In this document: positions 30,356 to 40,814 of the stretch, in pieces | Position numbering within the stretch: the stretch's first letter is position 1 | Layout of the letters: every line of letters starts with the position of its first letter | Assembly: GCA_963749155.1 (NCBI GenBank) | Contig: CAVVLO010000001.1 | Location: 800,001 to 864,000 of the forward strand | Direction: 5' to 3' | Source of the DNA: an uncultured Armatimonadia bacterium | GTDB taxonomy: Bacteria; Armatimonadota; Zipacnadia; CAVVLO01 | Length of the DNA stretch: 64,000 nucleotides | Notes under the pieces: generated by a model | Databases searched by the model: none | What the model was told of the DNA's origin: nothing | What the model saw: the letters and a program-made list of their open reading frames with translations, nothing else | Made by a program: the position numbers and the translations under genes

Positions 30356-32447
30356 ATGGGCAGGCTTTCTCAACAGAAGGTAAAACGGAACGGAGGCGGC
30401 TGTCTGCGCCTGCTGGTCATCCTGGGGGCGCTAGCGCTCGGGCTGGGCGCAGGCTTGCTCATCGGCTGGTTAAAGGGGCCGTTGCCCCCTGTGCCGAAGG
30501 AGCCTGGCATCACCAGGATCACTGACCGGACGGGGGTATTGCTGGCCGAACTCTACCGCGAATACCGCGAGCCAGTGCCGCTTGCTGCCATAAGTCCGGC
30601 CCTGGTGGATGCGGTGCTCGCAGTCGAAGATAGAGCTTTTTATCAGCATCACGGGCTTGACCTAAAAGGCATTGCGCGCGCCCTTTTTGCGAATCTGAGA
30701 CACCGAGAGTGGGCTCAGGGGGGCAGCACCATCACCCAGCAACTGGCCAGGCACCTTTGGCTGTCGCAGGAAAAGAGTCTTAAGCGCAAGGTGAAAGAGG
30801 CTCTGCTCGCTCTCAAGCTGGAGCAGCATTTCTCCAAGACAGAACTGCTTGAGCGTTATCTCAATACGGTATATTTCGGCTCGGGCGCGTATGGAGTGGA
30901 GGCGGCAGCGCGCACCTATTTCCGCAAGGGGGCTGGCGAAGTTTCCCTTCAGCAGGCGGCCTTGCTGGCAGGGCTGATTCGCAATCCGTCGGGTTACTCG
31001 CCCCTCCAGCATCCAGACAGGTCGAAGACGCGCACTGGGCAAGTGTTGCAGGCGATGGTAGAAGCAGGCTTTCTGAAGGCAAGCCTTGCGAAATCAGCGC
31101 GGACCGAACCACCTGGCCTGGCCTCGGGCGCTCCTCAGCGCAAGGGGTGGAAAGCCCCTTATTTTGTCCAGCAGGTGATGCGCGAGCTCGAGCTGGCCCT
31201 GGGCGAAGAGGCCGTTTACAAGCAGGCGCTGGTCGTGCGGACAAGCCTGGACCTGGAAGTGCAGCAAGCGGCCGAGAAAGCCGTTGCTCGCGCTTGCGGG
31301 CGCTTTTCAGGCAGAGGGGTGCGTCAGGCGGCCTGTGTATTGCTCGATATCTACACGGGAGAAGTGCTGGCCTGGGTAGGCGGCAAGAGCTTCGAAGAGA
31401 GCCAGTATGACCGAGTTGTGCAGGCCGAACGGCAGCCAGGATCGGCCTTCAAGCCTTTTGTCTACGCGACGGCGGTAGAGCAACACTACCCCCCCGAGCA
31501 TCTGCTCGAAGACCGCCCTGTTACGATTATGCAGGATGGGACAGTTTACAAACCACGCAACTATGACAGGCGCTACAGGGGCACCGTCACGATGGCGAAA
31601 GCCCTGGTGGATTCGATCAATGTGCCGACAGTCGAGCTGGCGCGTCAGGTGGGGCTGGACAACGTCCTCGCACTGGCAAAGCGGCTCGGGATTACCAGTG
31701 ACCTCAGGCCTTATCTTTCTTCGGTGCTGGGCGCTTCCGAAGTCAAACTGCTGGACATCACGGCGGCTTATGCGAGCTTTGCCAATCTGGGATACGTGGT
31801 AAAACCACGGCTCATACTCGAAGCCCAGGATGAGCGGGGGCTGGATTTGGCCCAGCGCCCGCCCCCCGGTGCATGCGCTGGATGAACAGACGGCCTGGAC
31901 CGTCGGCGAGATGCTTCGCCTTGCTGTAGAATATGGTACAGGCACCCCCGCAAGGTTCGGCAAGTGGGAACTGGGTGGAAAAACAGGCACTTCAAGCGAT
32001 AATCGCGATTTGTATTTCGTTGGCTTTTGCTCGGGGGCGGTATGCGGCGTCTGGGCGGGCAACGACGAGAACAAACCGACCTATGGCACTTATGGTGGAA
32101 TGGTTTCGGCGCCTGTGTTCCGCGAGACGATGGCCGCCTGGTGCGAGCGTTATTCGCCCCCGGTCGAGTTGCCGAGGCCGGTTTCGCTGGCCAGGGAGAC
32201 TCGCCTGACTAGTGACGTGCTACGCGTGAGCAGCGAGGAGCGCGCCGAGGAATATACCGATGGTGAAGTCTCCAACTGGCAAGGACAGACTGCGCCCGAA
32301 CAAGACGAGTCGGAGTTGCTCGTGCGGGATATCTGCGCGGACAGTGGGCTGCTGGCAGGGCCTGGTTGTCCCAACGTAGAGGAACGGACCTTCAAACCGG
32401 GAGAAGAACCAACGCGCCAGTGCCCTGGCAACCACTCGGAGCCTTAG
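30356..32447 (+). CDS. class A penicillin-binding protein (PBP1A family; one frameshift near 31865)
   Basis: GT51 EDRAFYQHHG, QGGSTITQQLAR, RKVKE; transpeptidase QPGSAFKP, SIN, GKTGTS; C-terminal CxxSGxLAxxxCP...C motif. Confidence 0.92.
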
Positions 32448-32474
32448 GGCAGACTGGAAGGCAAATCAATATCA

Positions 32475-34301
32475 ATGGAAAGACTGGTAAGACTTAGAGT
32501 AACAATACTGGGACTGTTATTCGCCTTGGCCTTGCTGCTGCTGGTGGGCAGATTGTGGTACATCCAGATAGCCCAGGGCGAGGCTTATGCGCAGCGAGCG
32601 TCAAGTCAGAGCTTGCGACGCATCCGGCTGGCTGCTCCGAGGGGCAACATCTATGACAGAAAGCTGAGGTTGCTTGCGACTTCCAGCCCTTCTTATTCGC
32701 TGGCGGTCGTGCCTGCCGAGGTGCGCGACCCGGCAGAGCTGGTCGTGCAGCTTTCCAGACTGGTAGAACTGGACACAGCCAAGCTGGCCGAATTGCTCAA
32801 AGAATATCGGCGCTCTTACACCCAGCTCATCATCAAGAGCGACCTGGATTTCAAGACGCTGGCGGCAATTGAAGAACATTCGGCTTTCTTGCCTGGCGTT
32901 GCCATCCAGGAGGACTTCAAGCGACTGTATCCCGAAGGCACGACTGCTGCGCATCTGCTGGGGCAGGTGGGGGAGATCTCCGCCGATGAACTGGAGAAGC
33001 GCAAAGAGCAAGGTTATTCTCCAGGCGACCTTATCGGCAAGGCAGGGCTGGAGCGCCAATATGAACAATATCTGCGCGGCACGCCTGGCGAGCGTTGGGT
33101 TGAGATGGACGCGCGCGGCAACGTTACCGCCAGCCTGGGCGAGGCCAAGCCTCAGCCTGGCGCCGACCTTATCCTGGCAGTCGACCTGGACGCCCAGAAG
33201 ACACTGGAGGTGGGACTGGGCAGCAGGCGCGGCGCGGGCGTGGTTATGAACCCGATGACTGGCGAGATAATCGCAATGGCCAGCCGGCCGACTTTCTCGC
33301 CTCAGGACTTCGTTGGGGGCATCTCTACCGCCAAATGGAAGGAATACACAGGCTCCAAAGCGACCCCGCTGCAGGACCGGGCGCGCGCCGGCAGGTATCC
33401 GCCAGGCTCGGTTATCAAGCCGGCAATGGCACTGGCGGGGCTCGAGGCAGGGCTGATCCCAACGAGTCGCACCGCCACATGCGTGGGCTATATAACTCTG
33501 GGCAATCGCAAGTTTTGGTGCTGGCAGCATTCGGGACATGGCACAGTAGGTTTGACCCAGGCACTGGCGCGCTCGTGCAATATATTTTTTTACAGACTGG
33601 GCCAGGACCTGGGCCCTGAGCGGATGGAAGCCTATCTGCGCAAAATCCATTATGACCAGAAGACCGGGATTGATTTGCCTGGGGAGATAAAAGGCACAAT
33701 ACCCAAGGTGGCCGAGTTTGGGAAGCGCTGGTATGGCGGCGATACGCTCAATATGGCGATAGGCCAGGGCTATATCGCGGTGACGCCGCTCGAGGTATGT
33801 CGATTCTATGCAGCGCTAGCCAATGGGGGAACATTGCCTGTACCCCATGTGGTCAACTCCATCCGACGACCTGGCCAGCAGGCGGAGCAACTGACTTTCC
33901 CTGAGGGAGTCGCCATGGCCTTCCCCGAGGAGGATCTGAGGCGAGTGCGCCAGGGGGTTTGGGAAGGTGTGCAAGGCAGCTCGGGCACAGGCCGCGGGGT
34001 AAAACTGCCAGGCATCGAGTTCGCAGGCAAGACAGGCACCGCGCAAGACCCCCCGGGCATCCCGCATGCCTGGTTCTGCAGTTGGGCGCCCTTTGACACG
34101 CCCCAGTACGTCACGACAGTGCTAATAGAACGGGGCGACTCGGGCTCCAAAGCTGCCGTGCCGATCACCAAGGCGGTTTACAAGGTGCTGTTTGACAAGC
34201 AAGGCAAAACGGACAACCCGAAGCCTGCTCCTCTGCCGACCCCAAAGCCAATCCCAGCGCCAGCGGTAACCAATGCCACTGACGCTGCTACCGCCCCGTG
34301 A
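32475..34301 (+). CDS. mrdA: penicillin-binding protein 2
   Basis: APRGNIYDR, GKAGLERQY, YPPGSVIKP, SCN, AIGQG, AGKTGTAQ. Confidence 0.9.
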   Translation: MERLVRLRVTILGLLFALALLLLVGRLWYIQIAQGEAYAQRASSQSLRRIRLAAPRGNIYDRKLRLLATSSPSYSLAVVPAEVRDPAELVVQLSRLVELDTAKLAELLKEYRRSYTQLIIKSDLDFKTLAAIEEHSAFLPGVAIQEDFKRLYPEGTTAAHLLGQVGEISADELEKRKEQGYSPGDLIGKAGLERQYEQYLRGTPGERWVEMDARGNVTASLGEAKPQPGADLILAVDLDAQKTLEVGLGSRRGAGVVMNPMTGEIIAMASRPTFSPQDFVGGISTAKWKEYTGSKATPLQDRARAGRYPPGSVIKPAMALAGLEAGLIPTSRTATCVGYITLGNRKFWCWQHSGHGTVGLTQALARSCNIFFYRLGQDLGPERMEAYLRKIHYDQKTGIDLPGEIKGTIPKVAEFGKRWYGGDTLNMAIGQGYIAVTPLEVCRFYAALANGGTLPVPHVVNSIRRPGQQAEQLTFPEGVAMAFPEEDLRRVRQGVWEGVQGSSGTGRGVKLPGIEFAGKTGTAQDPPGIPHAWFCSWAPFDTPQYVTTVLIERGDSGSKAAVPITKAVYKVLFDKQGKTDNPKPAPLPTPKPIPAPAVTNATDAATAP

Positions 34302-34346
34302 TATAATCGTGGCGCACTGTATATACCGGCCGCCTGGCCTGAAGGC

Positions 34347-36716
34347 GTGATGAGTTTGAGCGAGCCTCAAAAGGGGGCTATCCCCACTCTGGCTCTACTT
34401 GCCGCGGTGTTCCTGCTTTCCGCCGCCAGTATGATGTTCGAGATAGCCCTTACCCGGGTGCTTTCTGTAGTGCTTCGGTATCACTATGTGTATGTGGTGG
34501 TATCTGTTGCTATCTGCGGACTAGGCCTGGGGGGGATCCTTCGGTATTACGCCTTGCGCAGGCTTGGGCCAGCCTGGAACGGCGCCCTGCTTGTCTGGTC
34601 GGCGGCCTTGTTCGCGCTGACCTCGGCTGGGGCACTCGCCCTGTTGCTGCTTACAGGTTTTACCGAGTGGATGGAAGTCCAGACGGCTATCTCCCTGGTC
34701 ACGGTTATCCCCTACCTCTTCGCGGGCGTGTTTCTTTCGACAGCTTTTGAAGTCTTCCATGAGAGCAGCGGGCTGCTTTACTTCGCCGATTTGGTGGGCG
34801 CGGCGCTGTCTACGCTGTTTGTGTTGATGGTGCTGGAAATCGGAGGCGGCCTTAACGCGTGCCTGGTCGCGGCGGTGCTTGGCGCGGCAGGCGCAGCTCT
34901 GGCGGGCCTCGATGAGAGACGTCCGGTGCAGCTTGGAGGCAGCCTGCTGGTGCTGGTGCTGCTTGGTCTGCTCGCAGGCGCCAACGCCTCTTCGCCCCTG
35001 CTGGAAGTGAAAGCCCTCGGGGTGAGTCATGGCCGGTCGGACTATGTGAAGCCCCTTTATCGCGAACTGGCCCTCGGCCTGGATGGGGTCCAGCGGGTCT
35101 GGAGTGACTGGAACGCCTTCGCCCGCACCGATGTGGTGAAGTACAAGCCCGAGGTCGGCGATTCTCTCTATGTCTACACCGATGGCGACGTGCCAACGAC
35201 GATTGAGTCCTTCGATGGCAATCTGAAAGCCCAGCAGTCGCGCCAGGTGTTTATCGGTTATCTGCCCTACTACCTGAAGAAGGCGCCTGAACGGGTGCTG
35301 TCGCTAGGGTCGGGCGGCGGGATGGACGTGCTGCTGGCCCAACTGGCGGGGGCCAGACAGATAGACTGCGTGGAGATAAATCCCTCTATCATCGAAGCTG
35401 TAGACCTGTTCGGCGACTTCTCGGGCAGGCCTTACGACTATGAGAACGTCAACCTCTACATCACCGAAGGGCGCAGTTTCGTCAAGCGCAATCCGCAGCA
35501 GTACGACCTGCTTTATATGGCGCTGACCAAGACGGCGACCGTCTCCAGTCTGGGGATGTCGCTAGTTGAATCGCATATCCACACGGTGGAGGCCTTCCGC
35601 GACTATTTCGGCCATCTGAAGCAGGATGGGATGATTGCCTTTATTATGCAGGCGGAGCCACTTACCCTCAGGGCCTTCCTCACGATGGGGCAGGCGCTGG
35701 TAGAGCTGGGCGCAAGTCAGTCTGAGGCGATGAACTCGCTGATGATTATCCGGGTGCCGGATGAGCAGGTGGGATACACCCCCTACGAATTTTTGGTGCT
35801 GGGCAAACGCACTCCCTTTACCAAGCCTGAAGCCGAGAAGCTGGCCAAGGCCACGGTGGCTTGTCACCTGAAGGCCAGATATATTCCGTATTTCAAGGAA
35901 GCCAGTTTCGCCAGGCCCTTGCTGGAGGGCGATTCGACCTTCCTCTCCTTTGCCGAGGACGCCGATACCGGCATCAATGTAGGGCCTGTTTATGATGATG
36001 CGCCCTTCTATGTGGATATGAGCTTTGGCGTGCCGGTTGCGCTCAGGCAACTGGCCTGGGGCCTTATTGCCTTGCTCGCAGTGTTCGTTGCCGTCGTGCT
36101 GGGTACGCGTAAATTCCTTGCGAAACAGCCTGCGCTCCCGATGGGGCCCTATATCGTCTACTTCTTCCTGCTGGGCGTTGGCTTTATGCTGGTGGAGCTT
36201 GCACTCATCCAGAAGTCCACCCTTTATCTCGGTTATCCGACCCTTTCGCTTGCAGTCATCCTCTTCGCGCTTTTGCTTGGGGGCGGGTTTGGCGCCTTGA
36301 TAAGCCAGGGGCTGGAAGGAGAACGCACCAATCGGGGCCTGCTGGCTTTCTCGTTAGGGGCAACGATGTTGATAACGCTTTATGGTTTCCTGCTACCGCC
36401 GCTTTTCGATGCGACCTTGCACTTGCCAATGGTGGGCAGGGCGCTGCTTACGCTGGTGCTGATGCTGCCACTTGGCGCAGTGATGGGCGGGCTCTTCCCT
36501 TCGGGACTAAGACTGCTTGGCCGAAGCTGGCCTGACGATCTGGCCTGGATGTGGGGCGTCAACGGCTTTGCCAGTATCCTCGGCTCGGTGCTATGCATGA
36601 TGCTTGCCAAGGTGGCGGGATTCACGCTGGCCTTGTGGCTTGGCGCGGCGTGTTATCTGCTTGTGGCAGTCTGTGCGATCACTTTTTTCCGCTCGAAGGC
36701 GACTTCGAGCGACTGA
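34347..36716 (+). CDS. membrane protein with spermidine-synthase-like SAM-binding domain
   Basis: N- and C-terminal TM clusters; LYFADLVGA, VLSLGSGGGMDV, VEINP, EGRSFV, DDAPF, GVGFMLVE, WMWGVNGFASILG. Confidence 0.8.
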   Translation: MMSLSEPQKGAIPTLALLAAVFLLSAASMMFEIALTRVLSVVLRYHYVYVVVSVAICGLGLGGILRYYALRRLGPAWNGALLVWSAALFALTSAGALALLLLTGFTEWMEVQTAISLVTVIPYLFAGVFLSTAFEVFHESSGLLYFADLVGAALSTLFVLMVLEIGGGLNACLVAAVLGAAGAALAGLDERRPVQLGGSLLVLVLLGLLAGANASSPLLEVKALGVSHGRSDYVKPLYRELALGLDGVQRVWSDWNAFARTDVVKYKPEVGDSLYVYTDGDVPTTIESFDGNLKAQQSRQVFIGYLPYYLKKAPERVLSLGSGGGMDVLLAQLAGARQIDCVEINPSIIEAVDLFGDFSGRPYDYENVNLYITEGRSFVKRNPQQYDLLYMALTKTATVSSLGMSLVESHIHTVEAFRDYFGHLKQDGMIAFIMQAEPLTLRAFLTMGQALVELGASQSEAMNSLMIIRVPDEQVGYTPYEFLVLGKRTPFTKPEAEKLAKATVACHLKARYIPYFKEASFARPLLEGDSTFLSFAEDADTGINVGPVYDDAPFYVDMSFGVPVALRQLAWGLIALLAVFVAVVLGTRKFLAKQPALPMGPYIVYFFLLGVGFMLVELALIQKSTLYLGYPTLSLAVILFALLLGGGFGALISQGLEGERTNRGLLAFSLGATMLITLYGFLLPPLFDATLHLPMVGRALLTLVLMLPLGAVMGGLFPSGLRLLGRSWPDDLAWMWGVNGFASILGSVLCMMLAKVAGFTLALWLGAACYLLVAVCAITFFRSKATSSD

Positions 36717-36735
36717 CAATCAGCGAGGCCCAAAC

Positions 36736-36770
36736 GCAAACCGGAGGCGCAAGATGCCTCCGGTTTTGCT
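36736..36770. terminator. bidirectional intrinsic terminator
   Basis: AAACCGGAGGC-gcaagat-GCCTCCGGTTTT between convergent genes. Confidence 0.8.
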
Positions 36771-36779
36771 TTGTGCAAC

Positions 36780-37904
36780 TTAGAAGTGATCGGTTGGCCA
36801 GATATAGCCCCACTGAGGTGGGAAGAGCAGCCCCAGCAACGGCCCAGGATTGCCTGCAACCTCGACCGAGGGCTCAAGGACCAGGTCGGAGAAAGGCCGA
36901 TAACCGACTACGAGTTGCATCAGCAGTGACTGGGGCAGTCTTGCCGCATCGTGCGCCCCTCCCCCTTCTATCACCGTCACTCGGCCCTCTTTGGCTTTGA
37001 GGGTCAGTTCGCCGATGTCGGTTGAAAGGCTGACGCATGAATTTACAGTGGGCGGTTTGGGGCTGTGTTCGAGGCGCCGGCCCAGCTCGGGGGCGAGCTG
37101 GGCAAAGGCGCTCCCAAGATTTACGAAACATCCCATCGGGCCACCGGTACGCGCATGTCGGAGAGTAGCCAGGCCATCCAGCCTGCGAGCGAAGAGGCAG
37201 AAGGGATGGTCAAGGGGCGCATGCACGTTGAAGGCCTCGAGTCCCTGCTGCTCTGTCTGATGCCCGCAGAAGGCGATGAGGGCGGCGTAAAAAGCGCCTT
37301 CCAAGGGCCCTGGCGCGGCAGCGAGTTCTACCACTTCCACCCGGCCTGGCTTGTCATCGAGGATCACATAACCAACGAGCTGGTCATCCACTACGGAGGC
37401 GAAGACCTGCCCGCCTGTTGACCAGTCCAGCCCTTTGGACGGGCCTCGCCAGTCATCTCTGCGCACCAGAGAACCTGTCCGGGTGCCGTTAGTCTGGTTG
37501 AACAGGCTGCCCACCTGGGGAAGCAACTCGGCAGGGCAGGGCACAAGAGTGAGAGGAGAGTCCAGCAGGGCCGCTTCAGCGACTGAAAGGGTCAGGACAG
37601 AGTCTGCCCAAAGGGGCGCATAACCCCAACGATGGTAGAAATTGCGGATTCCGAACAACACCGAGCAGTCGTAGCCGGCCTCGCGCATCCAGTCGAGGCT
37701 GGCCTGCATCAGCAAGGCGGCATAGCCCTTGCCTCGGTGTTCATCATCGGTGCCTACGCCTGCTATCCCACCCATCGTGAGGATTGCTGAGCCGACTCGC
37801 ATACGCAAATCCAGGGTGGTGACGCGGGCAATATCTTTACCATCAAGCATAAGAAGAGCGCGATGCGCGCCCGACTCGTCAGTGTGTACCAGCTTGGGAT
37901 CCAT
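36780..37904 (-). CDS. Eis-like GNAT N-acetyltransferase with SCP2-like C-terminus
   Basis: MGGIAGVGTDDEHRGKGYA, LFGIRNFYHRWGY, LMQLVVGYRP; GGAGG RBS before ATG 37904. Confidence 0.82.
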   Translation of the reverse strand: MDPKLVHTDESGAHRALLMLDGKDIARVTTLDLRMRVGSAILTMGGIAGVGTDDEHRGKGYAALLMQASLDWMREAGYDCSVLFGIRNFYHRWGYAPLWADSVLTLSVAEAALLDSPLTLVPCPAELLPQVGSLFNQTNGTRTGSLVRRDDWRGPSKGLDWSTGGQVFASVVDDQLVGYVILDDKPGRVEVVELAAAPGPLEGAFYAALIAFCGHQTEQQGLEAFNVHAPLDHPFCLFARRLDGLATLRHARTGGPMGCFVNLGSAFAQLAPELGRRLEHSPKPPTVNSCVSLSTDIGELTLKAKEGRVTVIEGGGAHDAARLPQSLLMQLVVGYRPFSDLVLEPSVEVAGNPGPLLGLLFPPQWGYIWPTDHF

Positions 37905-38012
37905 CAGTCTCGCCTCCAGAAAACTAATAATACACGAGGCAGGCTCTGTTTCCATCGAGAAGGCAAAGTCCGCTGTATAATTAGAAAAACAGCAAGGGAA
38001 GGAGGGCCAGGA

Positions 38013-38477
38013 GTGAAGGAACTTGTCCTGGTAACTTATTACAGCCGGAGCGGGCGCTCGGAGGCGCTGGCCGAAGCGATTGCCGCAGGGCTTGAAGAGG
38101 CTGGGCTGGAGCCGAAGCTTGTGCCGGCAGAGCAGCTTGGCCCTGATGAATTGAGGCAGGCGAAGGGGCTTGCGGCAGGCTCGCCGGCTTATTTCAGCAA
38201 TATGGCCTGGCCGGTGAAGAAGCTGATAGATGAGAGCATACAGTTATATGGCGGTCGCGAGCTTGCGGGAGTGCCCTTCCTGGCTTTCGCCACGGCGGGC
38301 TGCGAGCGCGATGGGCAGAAGACCCTGGAGTTATTACAGGTGGCTTTCACCTTCCATCATGAGATGACCGATTTGGGCTCCGTGCTGGCGCTGGACAGCG
38401 AGCCTTCGACTACCTCGGCGGCCAGAGCAAGAGAAGCGGGATTTGCCCTGGGTAAAGCGATTTTAGACCGGGGGTGA
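38013..38477 (+). CDS. flavodoxin / WrbA-like protein
   Basis: YYSRSGRSEALAEAIAAG, GSPAYFSNMAWPVKKLID; GTG start with GGAGG RBS. Confidence 0.82.
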   Translation: MKELVLVTYYSRSGRSEALAEAIAAGLEEAGLEPKLVPAEQLGPDELRQAKGLAAGSPAYFSNMAWPVKKLIDESIQLYGGRELAGVPFLAFATAGCERDGQKTLELLQVAFTFHHEMTDLGSVLALDSEPSTTSAARAREAGFALGKAILDRG

Positions 38478-38493
38478 GGACCGGGCGCGCCAG

Positions 38494-38522
38494 TTGCTTC
38501 ACGGGAGGCATTATGCTAATCT
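38494..38522 (+). promoter_or_regulatory. sigma70-type promoter of the rpsB operon
   Basis: TTGCTT-N17-TAATCT with TG extension. Confidence 0.5.
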
Positions 38523-38603
38523 TGCTGGGCTTGCGCGCCTGCCTGCCCGAAGGGGTATGAGGCGCGCGTGCTTATGCTGCCAGAAAAGGAGGTGACTAAT
38601 AAT

Positions 38604-39458
38604 ATGGCTTTAGTAACGATGAAAGAACTCCTCGAGGCTGGGGTGCATTTTGGACACCAGACCCGGCGCTGGGATCCGAAGATGCGCAAATACATCTACG
38701 GTGGGCGCAATGGCATCTACATCATCGACTTGCACCAGACCCTGAGACTGCTGAAGGACGCTCATTCCTTCGTACGCGACCTGGCCTACAAAGGCGGGCG
38801 TATTCTTTTCGTGGGAACGAAGCGTCAGGCGCGGGAACCGCTCCAAGAGACAGCCGTTAGCTGCGGGATGAACTATGTGAACGAACGTTGGCTGGGCGGT
38901 ATGCTGACCAACTTCGGCACAATCCGGCTGCGGGTAGGCCGACTGCTCGAACTGAGGCAGATGACCGAGGACGGCACGATTGATTCGCTGCCGAAGAAGG
39001 AAGCTGCCAAGCTGAGCAAGGAGCGCGACAAGCTCGATGCCAGCCTGGGTGGTCTCGTAGGGATGGAAGAGATCCCTGATGCCATCTTCGTGGTGGATAT
39101 GAAGCACGAGCACATTGCGGTTGACGAGGCGCGCGGACTGGGACTGCCAGTGGTGGCTATCGTAGACACCAACTGCGACCCCAGGCTTGCTGACTTCCCG
39201 ATTCCGGGCAACGATGACGCCATCCGGGCTATCCGGTTGTTCGCCAGCAAGATCGCAGAGGCGGTGCTCGAGGGGCAGCAGATGGCTCAGGCGGAGCGCG
39301 AGATGCGCGAGTCCGAGCTTGAAGCAGCCGCGAATGAGAAAGCCGCAGCCCAGGAAGAGGAGCTGCTCTCGCCCGAAGCTCAGGCGCTGCTGGAAATCCA
39401 GCAGGAGGCCGAAGAGGCCTTTGAAGACGAAGAGCCTGGCGGCGACGATGAAATTTGA
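38604..39458 (+). CDS. rpsB: 30S ribosomal protein S2
   Basis: [45 protein letters not shown]. Confidence 0.98.
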   Translation: MALVTMKELLEAGVHFGHQTRRWDPKMRKYIYGGRNGIYIIDLHQTLRLLKDAHSFVRDLAYKGGRILFVGTKRQAREPLQETAVSCGMNYVNERWLGGMLTNFGTIRLRVGRLLELRQMTEDGTIDSLPKKEAAKLSKERDKLDASLGGLVGMEEIPDAIFVVDMKHEHIAVDEARGLGLPVVAIVDTNCDPRLADFPIPGNDDAIRAIRLFASKIAEAVLEGQQMAQAEREMRESELEAAANEKAAAQEEELLSPEAQALLEIQQEAEEAFEDEEPGGDDEI

Positions 39459-39468
39459 GGTGTAAAGA

Positions 39469-40071
39469 ATGGCAGTATCACCTGAACAGATCAAAAAACT
39501 AAGGGAATTGACCGGCGCCGGCATTTTAGAATGCAAGAATGCGCTGGAGGAAGTCGAAGGAGACCTTGAAAAGGCAATAGATTTGCTGCGCACGCGCGGC
39601 ATCGCCAAAGCTGACAAGCGCGCCGGTCGCGCTACAGCTGAGGGCCTTGTTCAAGCCTATATACATAGCGATGGGAAACTCGGCGTGCTGGTCGAAGTCA
39701 ACTGTGAGACCGACTTCGTGGCGCGCACCGATGACTTCAAGGAGCTTTGCCGCGAGGTAGCAATGCAGATTGCGGCTGCTCAGCCTCTCTATGTAAACCG
39801 GGAGGAAGTCCCAGCGGACCTCCTCGAAAAAGAAAAGGCCATTCTGCGCGAGCAGACCCTCGCCGAGGGGAAGCCCGAACAGATGGTAGACAAGATCGTC
39901 GAAGGGCGTATCTCCAAGTATTATCAGGAGAACTGCCTGATGGACCAGGCCTGGATTAAGGATGACAAGGGCAAGCTGACCATCACCGATCTGGTAAAGC
40001 AGTACATCGCCAAGCTGGGAGAGAACCTGCAAGTCAGGCGTTTCGTCCGGCTGCGCGTTGGTGAAGAGTAA
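39469..40071 (+). CDS. tsf: translation elongation factor Ts (short, 200-aa type)
   Basis: KKLRELTGAGILECK, EVNCETDFVAR, GKPEQMVDKIVEG, LGENL. Confidence 0.98.
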   Translation: MAVSPEQIKKLRELTGAGILECKNALEEVEGDLEKAIDLLRTRGIAKADKRAGRATAEGLVQAYIHSDGKLGVLVEVNCETDFVARTDDFKELCREVAMQIAAAQPLYVNREEVPADLLEKEKAILREQTLAEGKPEQMVDKIVEGRISKYYQENCLMDQAWIKDDKGKLTITDLVKQYIAKLGENLQVRRFVRLRVGEE

Positions 40072-40097
40072 CAACTAGTCAAGGGAGAGCCAGCCCG

Positions 40098-40814
40098 ATG
40101 ACGTACAAACGCGCGTTGCTCAAGCTGAGCGGGGAAGCCTTTATGGGCGAGGCCGCCTTTGGCATCGCCGAGGTTGTAGTCAGGGATATGGCTCAACAGA
40201 TAAAAGCCGCCCACGACACCGGGCTCCAACTCGGGGTAGTCGTGGGCGGTGGCAATTTTATCAGGGGCGCGACCTTCCAGCAGCAAGGGCTGGATCGGGT
40301 GGCCGCTGACCAGATGGGTATGCTGGCGACAGCCATCAACGGTATCGCGCTGCAGAACGCCCTGGAGCAGGAAGGCGTCGAAACTCGGATGCAATCCGCA
40401 ATCGAGATGCGCTCAGTCTGCGAGCCTTTGATTGTCCGCCGAGCCCTCAGGCACCTGGAGAAGGGACGGATAGTGATATTTGTCGCAGGCACCGGGGCGC
40501 CTTTTGTGACTACAGACACCGCCGCCGTGCTAAGGGCCGCCGAGATAAAAGCCGAAATCCTTTTTAAAGCCACCAATGTGGATGGCGTCTACGACAAAGA
40601 TCCCAGAACCAATCCCGACGCGCAGGTATACAGCGAGCTGGATTACAGTGATGTTATCAGGCGTCAGCTTAGAGTGATGGACCTGACAGCGGTAAGTCTA
40701 GCGCAGGACAGAGACCTGCCGCTCAGGGTATTCAACCTCAAGCGCGAAGGAAATATCGCCCAGGCGCTTCTGGGCGAACCACTGGGTACGCTGGTAAGGA
40801 GGGTGGAAGAATGA
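40098..40814 (+). CDS. pyrH: UMP kinase
   Basis: LLKLSGEA, VGGGNFIRG, DQMGMLAT, TTDTAAVLRA, VDGVYDKDP. Confidence 0.97.
   Translation: MTYKRALLKLSGEAFMGEAAFGIAEVVVRDMAQQIKAAHDTGLQLGVVVGGGNFIRGATFQQQGLDRVAADQMGMLATAINGIALQNALEQEGVETRMQSAIEMRSVCEPLIVRRALRHLEKGRIVIFVAGTGAPFVTTDTAAVLRAAEIKAEILFKATNVDGVYDKDPRTNPDAQVYSELDYSDVIRRQLRVMDLTAVSLAQDRDLPLRVFNLKREGNIAQALLGEPLGTLVRRVEE

Noticed and set aside
3450..31870. Programmed ribosomal frameshifting, recoding or selenocysteine as explanation for split genes
   Set aside because: No shared slippery sequence, no in-frame TGA at catalytic positions, and breaks hit unrelated genes in one region only
34210..34298. Pro/Ala/Thr-rich tail of MrdA as a repeat element
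   Set aside because: Ordinary low-complexity C-terminal tail without nucleotide-level periodicity
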